Shown here: one piece after another, positions 1 through 7,959 of the stretch
Layout: each line of letters begins with the position of its first letter
Numbering within the stretch: position 1 is the stretch's first letter
Origin: Candidatus Saccharimonadota bacterium
Lineage (GTDB): Bacteria > Patescibacteriota > Saccharimonadia > CAILAD01 > GCA-016700035
Length of the DNA: 64,000 nt
NCBI GenBank assembly: GCA_046350755.1
Contig: JAXLZV010000001.1
Location: forward strand, 160,216-224,215
Direction: 5' to 3'
Translations under genes and position numbers: made by a program
Notes under the pieces: model-generated
Database searches by the model: none
What the model was told of the DNA's origin: nothing
Seen by the model: the letters and a program-made list of their open reading frames with translations, nothing else

Positions 1-54
1 GTGGGCGATAATGCCGATATTACGGGTATTTTCGAGTGAGTATTCGCGAGCCAT
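1..54 (-). CDS. fusA: Elongation factor G, 5' end only (runs off window)
   Basis: Not in ORF track; reverse complement of 1-54 reads MAREYSLENTRNIGIIAH, the EF-G N-terminus; AAGGA upstream of ATG. Confidence 0.93.
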   Translation of the reverse strand, partial: MAREYSLENTRNIGIIAH

Positions 55-180
55 GATTGTCCTTGCTTATATAAGTGATAATGATTGGATGAAAGGGCGC
101 GAACGAAAAAAATAGCGCGCCGCGCTTATCAACACCTAATTTACCATATTTATTCCCTGGTAGCAATGATCGCTAGGTGA

Positions 181-2610
181 CTATTCCGGGTGACTCGGTG
201 GAGCCGATTCCAAATCTTTCCGATCCAATGTAATTGCCTGTCCAGCCTGGATCTCACCGGTTAAGAGCCCTTTACTCAGGCGATCTTCGACCAACTTCTG
301 AAGAGTCCGGCGCATCGGCCGAGCTCCCATCCGCGGGTCATTACCGACTTCCACGATATAGGCCTTGGCGGCATCCGTCAGCTCAATTGAGATTTGTTGG
401 GCTTCTAGGTTGTGGTTGAGTGAACGCATCATAATGGTGACCACCTGCACCAGCTCATCTGGCGTCAGTGGGCGGAATGTAACGATTTCATCAAACCGGT
501 TGAGAAGCTCGGGCTTGAAGATCTGCTCAGATATCAGTTTATCAATAAACTTATCATGCAGCTGTGCCAGGTCTTGCCCGGCCCCAACAGCCTGACGAAT
601 ATCATCGGCTAGCGCATTCGAGGTCAGGATAATAATGCAATCCTTAAAACTCACCGGCTTGCCGGCAGTGTCAGTAAGGCGAGCTTCATCGAGCAGTTGC
701 AAGATGAGATTCAGGATATCAGGGTGGGCCTTTTCGATTTCATCCAATAACACCACGCTATATGGTTGCGTCCGAATATGCTCGAGAAAACTCGACCCCG
801 CCCCAGACTCGGAAGCCGCGGCTAGCAAACGACTGACATCACTGGCCTGCTGATACTCAGACATATCCAGCCGAATCATCCTTTCTTCACCTCCAAAGTA
901 GACCGCCGCCAAGGATTTTGCGAGCTCAGTTTTCCCAACACCGGTTGGACCAAGAAACAGAAAACTGCCAATCGGCCGACGGCTGTCTTTGACCCCCGCC
1001 CGGGCCCGCCGCAGAGCTCCAGCCACCGCGCTGACAGCCTGGGTTTGGTTAATCATCCGCTGATGAATTAGCTCCTCTAGATTCAATAGCTGCTCAGCTT
1101 CGGCCTTGTTGGCAGTGCCGGTCTTCACCCCCGTACTGGTTTCGATAGCAGCCTGCACAGAACGCTCCGTCACAACTCCACCTTCGGCGTGCGCAAACGC
1201 CATTCGCAAGAGATCGATCGCCGCACCCGGCTGCTGCTTGGTGGTGACATAACGATCCGAGAGATTAGCGGTTTCTTGCAGGGCTCGTAAAGTCGACCCA
1301 ACACCAGTCTGCGTTTCAAGCTCAAGGGCGACATCTTCGAGAACGCGGATCACCCCGAGTCGATCGATTTCGGTTACCGTTAGCTTCGTCATCTGACCGA
1401 TAAGATTAGGTCGTAACTGCGCAAAATGCGTCCAGTCTTCTTCGGTAAAAGCAAAAATCATCGGCAATCGCGTTTGCTGCAAGATAGGCGCCAGAATCTC
1501 ACTAATATCAACCGCGCCGGGCTTATTCATAAAGAAGTCTTGGGCATCATCGAAAAACAAGACGACATTTTTTGCCCGTACCGCATCCCCCATCACTTCG
1601 TTGATGATCCGCTCAATCGGTATCTCGGGGGTGGCTGCCGATAGCAAGGCGCTGGCCGAGAGACGCATCACCTTCCGATACGTCAGTCGGCCCATGTCTA
1701 CCCGATTTAAGATTTGGTCAGTAAAGGCATACACTAATGTACTTTTTCCTGAGCCGGTTGGTCCCACCAGGGCTGCCGCTGGGTGAGCAGGCTGGTTCAA
1801 GGCTGACACCAAGCCATCAATCACCTCTTCCCGACCGAGGTATGAAAAAATTGGTGCACCGGCTTCTACCTCATCGCTCATGTTTACCCCAAAGCGATCA
1901 AGAAAATTGGTGTAACCAGCCGCAAAATCACGACCAATGCCACCGTAATTCTTGCGCTCATGTTTTTCGAGCCGGTCATGAATCAAATGCTCGAGCCAGA
2001 CCAAGCCTTCGCTCAGATCTTGCCTGGTAATGTGAGCCGCCGCCAAGAATGGTTGCTGTGCTTCGATCAACACGGAGCAAGCAATCATCAAGCTGCCGGC
2101 CGTGATATGACGCTGACCAGCCGTACGAGCTTCTTCAAGTGCAACCGCATAGATTTGATCAACGTTCAGTTTCGCCATCTGGTTATCAATCACCTCCAGC
2201 GGCAACCCAAGATGGCTGACGAGAAAGCCCGTTTGCCAGTGCTGACGTAAGACTGCCCAGAGGCCGGTTGCGTCACTGACTCGCTTGAGTGGTCGAACCA
2301 GATCGGCCGAGAGTAAATCTGACAGGTTGGTCGAGCCATCATTGATCGGCGTTTGACCAGCAAACTGCCGCATACCCCACTTCGCCCAAAATGCCAACGG
2401 GGCGAGTGAGAGGCCAACTATCGCCAACCAAGCGCCGACTCGTACTAGGCCAAACAGTCCGGCCAATACTGCCCCCACGAGACTTACTAATGCTAGGCCG
2501 ACGATAAGATTCTGACGCCACTTCTGCACAAACCAAGCTGTACCGGCGATCCGCGTCGCCCGTCGACTGGGCTGAAATGATAACGACGATTGTGGCCCGA
2601 CTGGATTCAT
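181..2610 (-). CDS. Clp/Hsp100-family double-AAA+ ATPase with N-terminal transmembrane segments
   Basis: Walker A GPTGSGKS and [34 protein letters not shown]; start moved to MNPVG (2610), which overlaps the upstream stop as ATGA. Confidence 0.85.
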   Translation of the reverse strand: MNPVGPQSSLSFQPSRRATRIAGTAWFVQKWRQNLIVGLALVSLVGAVLAGLFGLVRVGAWLAIVGLSLAPLAFWAKWGMRQFAGQTPINDGSTNLSDLLSADLVRPLKRVSDATGLWAVLRQHWQTGFLVSHLGLPLEVIDNQMAKLNVDQIYAVALEEARTAGQRHITAGSLMIACSVLIEAQQPFLAAAHITRQDLSEGLVWLEHLIHDRLEKHERKNYGGIGRDFAAGYTNFLDRFGVNMSDEVEAGAPIFSYLGREEVIDGLVSALNQPAHPAAALVGPTGSGKSTLVYAFTDQILNRVDMGRLTYRKVMRLSASALLSAATPEIPIERIINEVMGDAVRAKNVVLFFDDAQDFFMNKPGAVDISEILAPILQQTRLPMIFAFTEEDWTHFAQLRPNLIGQMTKLTVTEIDRLGVIRVLEDVALELETQTGVGSTLRALQETANLSDRYVTTKQQPGAAIDLLRMAFAHAEGGVVTERSVQAAIETSTGVKTGTANKAEAEQLLNLEELIHQRMINQTQAVSAVAGALRRARAGVKDSRRPIGSFLFLGPTGVGKTELAKSLAAVYFGGEERMIRLDMSEYQQASDVSRLLAAASESGAGSSFLEHIRTQPYSVVLLDEIEKAHPDILNLILQLLDEARLTDTAGKPVSFKDCIIILTSNALADDIRQAVGAGQDLAQLHDKFIDKLISEQIFKPELLNRFDEIVTFRPLTPDELVQVVTIMMRSLNHNLEAQQISIELTDAAKAYIVEVGNDPRMGARPMRRTLQKLVEDRLSKGLLTGEIQAGQAITLDRKDLESAPPSHPE

Positions 2611-2969
2611 AGCACCGCTCCATAGACAAACAGCCCAGCTATCAGTGCCGGTAACAATGGCCAAGCAACGAATAACGTAACGCCAGCCAGTATCATGACC
2701 ACAGACAGCAAAGCCCAGAACGCCACGATCATCAAGCGGACACTGAAGCCAACTAATCTGGCCACAAAGTTCATCACTAGGGCTCGCAGCATCTGATCGA
2801 GCCCCCGAGCTCCCGACACACGATCTTCCTTCCAAGGCGCAAACAAGGTTCGAAGCATCTGTCGAACCGAGAACACATTATAGAGCCGCACTAAGCGTCG
2901 CTTGAGTACTTCAAGAACGTGGAGCCAGCCCCAGCCATACCACCAGGAGACGGCGTCAATAATAGTCAT
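2607..2969 (-). CDS. Small membrane protein coupled to the Clp-like ATPase
   Basis: 120 aa, hydrophobic C-terminal half, ATGA overlap with downstream gene, TACCAT 6 nt before ATG. Confidence 0.75.
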   Translation of the reverse strand: MTIIDAVSWWYGWGWLHVLEVLKRRLVRLYNVFSVRQMLRTLFAPWKEDRVSGARGLDQMLRALVMNFVARLVGFSVRLMIVAFWALLSVVMILAGVTLFVAWPLLPALIAGLFVYGAVL

Positions 2970-3014
2970 GCTTATATGGTAGCAACCTGGGAGTAGTGTG
3001 GCAAACTTGCGACG

Positions 3015-4670
3015 CTATGAGGCGCCGATCGCGATAACTTGACCGCCTAAGCGTTTCGCGAAATAGCTATCGTGCGAGATATAGAGCACCGCCCCATCAT
3101 AACGAGCCAAGGCCGCTTCCAGCTCTTCGATCGATGGTAGGTCAAGATGGTTCGTCGGCTCATCGAGAATCAACAGATTCGGTCGAGCCGCAAACAGCGC
3201 GATCAGCTGAATACGAGCTTTTTGTCCGCCCGAAAGCTGTTTAACTGGTATCGCACGGTCACTCGCTTCAAACAGATACTCCGCTAAGACTTTATAGACT
3301 ACCTCCTCATTCACTTGTCGACCGGCTGCCCGATAAATGTCGATAATTGCTTCTTCAAGCGTCATCGTCAGATACGATGTATCGATTTCCTGCTCATAGC
3401 GACCAATCTTCAGTCCCTGGGCGCAGTCAATCAAACCACCAAATATCCGGGTGGCTAACTTCTGTCCGGCTGCCGAGGCACACAGCGCATCGACCAAGGT
3501 AGTTTTACCGGCCCCGTTGCGGCCAACAATCTGTACTCGCTCGCCGGCTCGCAACTCAAAACTCACCTCGGCAAAGAGCGGCTGACCATAGCCGAGCGAT
3601 AACTGCTCAACCGAGACCAGCCGTGAGGTGTGACCCGCGTTTGCTTCATGAGCACCACGCAAGGAAATTGACCGAGCTTTATACTTTTCATACTGTTCTG
3701 ACTGACCACGCTTGAGATCCTGAACTGAAGCTTGATCGATCCAGATCGTTGGCTTCGCGATGCGCTCTTCCAGTTCAGCAATCTCCCGCTGCAAGCGACG
3801 CACCAATGGCACAAATGGGTTCGGACTTTGTTTCGAGCGCAACTTCTTCTGTTCGGCCTGTTTAAGAGCCTCACGGCGATTGTCGAGCGTTTTGATATCG
3901 ATCTCATACTGGTGCATCGCGCTCGTCGAACTGACAGCGTTCTGCTTCAGATAAGCATCATAGTTGCCAGGAAAATTAAACAGCTTGCGATCCTTGAGCT
4001 CAATAATCCGATCGACGCCAGCCAAGACATCACGATCGTGTGAGATCACCAGCACAGCCGATTGGGTCGACTTGAGCCACTCAGTAAACTTTGCCTTCGC
4101 CACATAGTCCATGTGATTCGTCGGTTCATCCAGGATGAGTAGGTCGGCATTAGAAAATTCAACTTGCACGAGCTGCGCGAAACGTTTTTCGCCACCCGAA
4201 AGCTGCTCAAAAGGCCCAGAAATTTGGGCCTCCGTCAGCTGATAGGCTTTGAGAGCTTCAACCACGTGATCGCGCACGTGATAATAACCGCGCTCATCAT
4301 AAGTCTCAAGGGCGTTAGTGTATTCTTCGATCTTCCGCATATCACTCCCCATCAAGTCAGGGTGAGTTTCGATGATATGGGTTAGCTCTTCGTAGTCACG
4401 CAGGCCGGATAATACATACTCCAGTGTCGTCTGCTGACTGCCAACCGATTGTTCCTGTTCGGTCGTCAGAATAATTAGCCCCGCCTTGCGACGCACCTGA
4501 CCAATAAACTCCGCATCCTCACCAGTAAGAATACGCGTTAAGGTCGTTTTCCCGACGCCATTGCGACCGACGAAGCCAACCACTTCGCCGGCTTGAATCT
4601 GTAAGTCGGCATGATGAATAAGTAGCTTGGCTCCCGCCTGTTTTTCTTCGATTTTGGCTTCGAGTAACAT
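3015..4670 (-). CDS. ABC-F family ATPase
   Basis: Two ABC domains (GRNGVGKT/LSGGE/LDEPTNH; GRNGAGKT/LSGGQ/LDEPTNH), helical linker, no TM segments. Confidence 0.92.
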   Translation of the reverse strand: MLLEAKIEEKQAGAKLLIHHADLQIQAGEVVGFVGRNGVGKTTLTRILTGEDAEFIGQVRRKAGLIILTTEQEQSVGSQQTTLEYVLSGLRDYEELTHIIETHPDLMGSDMRKIEEYTNALETYDERGYYHVRDHVVEALKAYQLTEAQISGPFEQLSGGEKRFAQLVQVEFSNADLLILDEPTNHMDYVAKAKFTEWLKSTQSAVLVISHDRDVLAGVDRIIELKDRKLFNFPGNYDAYLKQNAVSSTSAMHQYEIDIKTLDNRREALKQAEQKKLRSKQSPNPFVPLVRRLQREIAELEERIAKPTIWIDQASVQDLKRGQSEQYEKYKARSISLRGAHEANAGHTSRLVSVEQLSLGYGQPLFAEVSFELRAGERVQIVGRNGAGKTTLVDALCASAAGQKLATRIFGGLIDCAQGLKIGRYEQEIDTSYLTMTLEEAIIDIYRAAGRQVNEEVVYKVLAEYLFEASDRAIPVKQLSGGQKARIQLIALFAARPNLLILDEPTNHLDLPSIEELEAALARYDGAVLYISHDSYFAKRLGGQVIAIGAS

Positions 4671-4730
4671 AGCTCGAACAGTATACCGGTTTATCAGATA
4701 GGCCGCAAAAATGGCCTAGCCTAGGATTAA

Positions 4731-5414
4731 TCAGTTAGCCGGCAGCGTGTAATCAAGTTCGGTGAAAAAACGGGCTTCGGCTGGCGCTTCGAGTAACTTA
4801 ATCAGATCCGGCATACTGGGCATCATTTTGTTATCTGACCAGTCCTGATCTGGTGTCGCCCAGAAGAGCTCCCCGGCCGGATGATGCGCGTGTGGATCGG
4901 TACTTGGCGCCACACCAGTAAAGAGATGAAAGAGAACTTCACTCACCGGCTCCTTATCTTCGGCCGAGCGAATGGTAATATAGCCGTCACCCCGGTGATG
5001 GAGAACAGCTTGCAATCCTGTCTTTTCAAACAGCTCACGAGCGGCAGCTTCGGCGATCTTCTCATCGCGATGCAGCTTCCCGTAGGGAAATCCGACCTTA
5101 CCAAGCAAGGGCTGAACCTTGCGCTTCATCAGCAACCACCGGCCAAGTCGATCATGACAGGCGAGGAGAATAATGATCTTTGGCTGTATGCGCGGCTTGA
5201 GATTCGACAGACTGAGGCTATCAACATAGCGTTTGCCAGCCGAGGTGAGGCCATAGGTTCCCCAGCTTGTCCGCATAACGTAACCCGAATCCTTCAATGA
5301 CTTGAGGTGATAGGCGAACACATTACTCTCCAAGCCTTTTGGTTTTATTTGCGCATACCGCAGGTTCTCGCCCTGCATAAGTTCCCCGAGTATCGTACGC
5401 TGAATATGATGCAT
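4731..5414 (-). CDS. Winged-HTH / Nudix fusion protein
   Basis: N-terminal wHTH-like pattern (SNVFAYHLKSL...YGLTSAG) followed by Nudix box GKLHRDEKIAEAAARELFEKTGL. Confidence 0.75.
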   Translation of the reverse strand: MHHIQRTILGELMQGENLRYAQIKPKGLESNVFAYHLKSLKDSGYVMRTSWGTYGLTSAGKRYVDSLSLSNLKPRIQPKIIILLACHDRLGRWLLMKRKVQPLLGKVGFPYGKLHRDEKIAEAAARELFEKTGLQAVLHHRGDGYITIRSAEDKEPVSEVLFHLFTGVAPSTDPHAHHPAGELFWATPDQDWSDNKMMPSMPDLIKLLEAPAEARFFTELDYTLPAN

Positions 5415-5554
5415 ATCCCTAGATTACCATAAGTTGAGTCAATATTCTGTAGACAGATTAACCAATTAGCTTCTTCAATCAGTCATCATGCTTATTGTAT
5501 TTATCTATATTTATGGTAATATATACTTACTGTTCCCCAGAGAAAGGGCTCGAC

Positions 5555-6190
5555 ATGAGCCGCACCTTGCAACGTATCATCGAGTGGCTACTGACCGCCA
5601 TCTTACTCATCCCAGCCCTTGTCATCTCAGCAATTGCTGCCATAGTAATCATGCTTGTCGACGGTCACTCACCGTTTTTTCATCAAGAACGCATCGGTAA
5701 AAACGGCTCTCCTTTCCCATGCTTCAAACTGCAGACTATGCGACCAAAGCAGGATGGCGAGCATTACCACAATCCTGATGATGACGCCCGACGCGTTACT
5801 CCTCTCGGAGCATGCTTACGCGCTCACGCCATCGATGAACTCCCACAGTTTATCAATATCCTCCGGGGCGAGATGAGGCTCTTCGGACCTCGTCCGTTGG
5901 CAGTTGAAACAATTCACGAAATCCGCGAGTCGTGCACTGACGATCTGGCAATCTTCACCCAATGGAGCGCCCGGCGTCAAACACTTTCGCCCGGCCTGTG
6001 CGGCTGGTGGCAAGTCCACACCAGTGACAACCGCAGTCTGCACTACGACAATGAGTACTATGACGGCCTGACACTGCGTCAGTTCTGTAAGATGGTCGGC
6101 CTGTCATTCAAGATCTTGCCGTCCGGGAAAAGCTCCCTGCACGCCTGCAGCGAGCCAAGTAGCCCCCTGCCCACCGACCTCAGTCCATGA
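5555..6190 (+). CDS. Bacterial sugar transferase (small phosphoglycosyltransferase, WcaJ/PglC-like)
   Basis: One TM, then FFHQERIGKNG, FKLQTM, IDELPQFINILRGEMRLFGPRP, PGLCGWWQV; start MSRT after AGAAAGGG. Confidence 0.88.
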   Translation: MSRTLQRIIEWLLTAILLIPALVISAIAAIVIMLVDGHSPFFHQERIGKNGSPFPCFKLQTMRPKQDGEHYHNPDDDARRVTPLGACLRAHAIDELPQFINILRGEMRLFGPRPLAVETIHEIRESCTDDLAIFTQWSARRQTLSPGLCGWWQVHTSDNRSLHYDNEYYDGLTLRQFCKMVGLSFKILPSGKSSLHACSEPSSPLPTDLSP

Positions 6191-6205
6191 GGTCGGTATA
6201 TTTTT
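6174..6205 (+). terminator. Putative intrinsic terminator
   Basis: ACCGACCTCA-GTCCA-TGAGGTCGGT followed by ATATTTTT. Confidence 0.6.
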
Positions 6206-6311
6206 GTCAATTTTCTTTGAGTCAAAACGTCTCGTCTAGAAGTTACTGTGGCTTTGCGTGATAGTAAGAGTGTAATCGCACCTTACAAAAAGAATCCCTT
6301 GAGGAGGATCC

Positions 6312-6815
6312 ATGCTAGACGCTACAGAGCTAACCAGCTTACTGTCTCAGATAGAGCACTCGCAGTTCGGACTGCAAACCAAACAAGCCGATCTGGAGAT
6401 AGCCGAACAACGAGTCAAGACCGCACGTAGTCAACTTTACAGCTTGCAGCAAGCATATCGTAGCGGGCGACGCGACTTCATCCACCAGGCGCTTGATGCT
6501 TACCAACGAGCTATGTGTGCTTACTGTAAGAAAATCCGCCCGCGTGAGCAAATGAAAACAGTCTGCGAAATGGGCTACTACGTCGACAGTGACTGCCGAT
6601 ACAATCGCTGGGAAGTCCCCTATGAGCATTACTTCCCGATCTGCTCGCGCTGTGCCCTTGAGAGAACATTTAGCACGAAGGAGGAAAATGGCTATATAGT
6701 TGGCAAGGCTCTCCTCGATTTCGATATTGCCGTACACGATCGGTGGATCGACTATGGCGACGAACAGCTCAATACAATCAACCATGCCATGAGCTTAGGC
6801 CTGCCTCAGCTCTAG
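6312..6815 (+). CDS. Hypothetical protein, coiled coil plus CxxC...CxxC
   Basis: GAGGAGG SD; CAYC and CSRC pairs. Confidence 0.7.
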   Translation: MLDATELTSLLSQIEHSQFGLQTKQADLEIAEQRVKTARSQLYSLQQAYRSGRRDFIHQALDAYQRAMCAYCKKIRPREQMKTVCEMGYYVDSDCRYNRWEVPYEHYFPICSRCALERTFSTKEENGYIVGKALLDFDIAVHDRWIDYGDEQLNTINHAMSLGLPQL

Positions 6816-6842
6816 GTTAGCCCGTCCTTCATCCCTCATACG

Positions 6843-6870
6843 AGAAAATCCCTCGTCTGAGGGATTTTCT
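6843..6870. terminator. Bidirectional terminator-like hairpin between convergent genes
   Basis: AGAAAATCCCTC-GTCT-GAGGGATTTTCT. Confidence 0.7.
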
Positions 6871-6891
6871 TCTTGTCTTCAGTGGCAAAGC

Positions 6892-7368
6892 TTAGTAGCG
6901 AGCAAAGTGCGCAAAGGCTTTATTAGCCTCGGCCATCTGATGCGTATCTGCCTTTTTCTTAATCGCATCACCCTGATTATTGTAAGCATCTAGGAGCTCA
7001 TTCGCTAAGCGCTTATCAAAGCTGCGGCCTTCTTTGGCTCGAGCGGCATCCAGCATCCAAATCATCGCGTAATGAATACGGCGATCAGGCTTCACTTCCA
7101 TCGGCACCTGATAGTTAGCGCCACCAACACGACGGGATTTCACCTGTACTTGTGGGCTAGCATTCTTAATCGCGCCTTCAAAGATCTCCATGGCGTCCTT
7201 CTTAGACTTGGTAGCCGCTTCATCGAGCGCACTGTAGACCAAGCGCTCAGCCAAGCGCTTCTTGCCATCTTTCATGACCTTATTGATCATGCGTGTCACA
7301 AGAATCGAATTGTACTGCAAATCAGCTGGCAATTCACGCTTGAGTGATTTCGTCTTCTTTCGTGGCAT
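6892..7368 (-). CDS. rpsG: 30S ribosomal protein S7
   Basis: SRRVGGANYQVP, MAEANKAFAHF. Confidence 0.98.
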   Translation of the reverse strand: MPRKKTKSLKRELPADLQYNSILVTRMINKVMKDGKKRLAERLVYSALDEAATKSKKDAMEIFEGAIKNASPQVQVKSRRVGGANYQVPMEVKPDRRIHYAMIWMLDAARAKEGRSFDKRLANELLDAYNNQGDAIKKKADTHQMAEANKAFAHFARY

Positions 7369-7371
7369 AGC

Positions 7372-7791
7372 TTATCCCTTGGCCTTTTCTAATTTAGCAC
7401 CATACTTTGAGCGTCCCTGCTTACGTGCGGCGACACCTGCCGTGTCGAGTGAACCACGCACGACGTGATAGCGCACACCCGGAAGGTCTTTCACACGACC
7501 ACCGCGCACCAGCACAACTGAGTGTTCTTGCAGGTTATGTCCAATACCACCGATATAGGCTGTAACTTCCATACCATTCGTCAAGCGTACACGAGCCACC
7601 TTACGAAGCGCCGAGTTTGGCTTCTTTGGGGTCTGAGTAAATACCTTCGTGCAAACACCACGTTTAAACGGCGCGTTTAATGAACGAGTCCGACCCTTGA
7701 GCGCATTGAGATTGCGACCGAGAGCTGGCGACTTACTCTTTTTGCGAGCAGCCGTCCGTGGTTTACGAATGAGTTGATTGATAGTTGGCAT
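7372..7791 (-). CDS. rpsL: 30S ribosomal protein S12
   Basis: [34 protein letters not shown]. Confidence 0.99.
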   Translation of the reverse strand: MPTINQLIRKPRTAARKKSKSPALGRNLNALKGRTRSLNAPFKRGVCTKVFTQTPKKPNSALRKVARVRLTNGMEVTAYIGGIGHNLQEHSVVLVRGGRVKDLPGVRYHVVRGSLDTAGVAARKQGRSKYGAKLEKAKG

Positions 7792-7959
7792 AAAACTTGA
7801 TTATCTTACCAGATTAGGTTAATTGGGTCAACAGGTGTGGGAAACTTGAGTTGATATCAGGGCGAGATTTCGCGAGCCGGGTGTCGATGGAGAATGGCAG
7901 ACCAAGTAAGGACTTGCCACTCCCACATCAACACTGCATTTGGCGCGAGAGATCAGTGG

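Noticed and set aside
2611-2835. N-terminal 75 aa of the 884-aa ORF call
   Set aside because: Overlaps the 120-aa membrane gene; the ATGA junction supports a start at 2610
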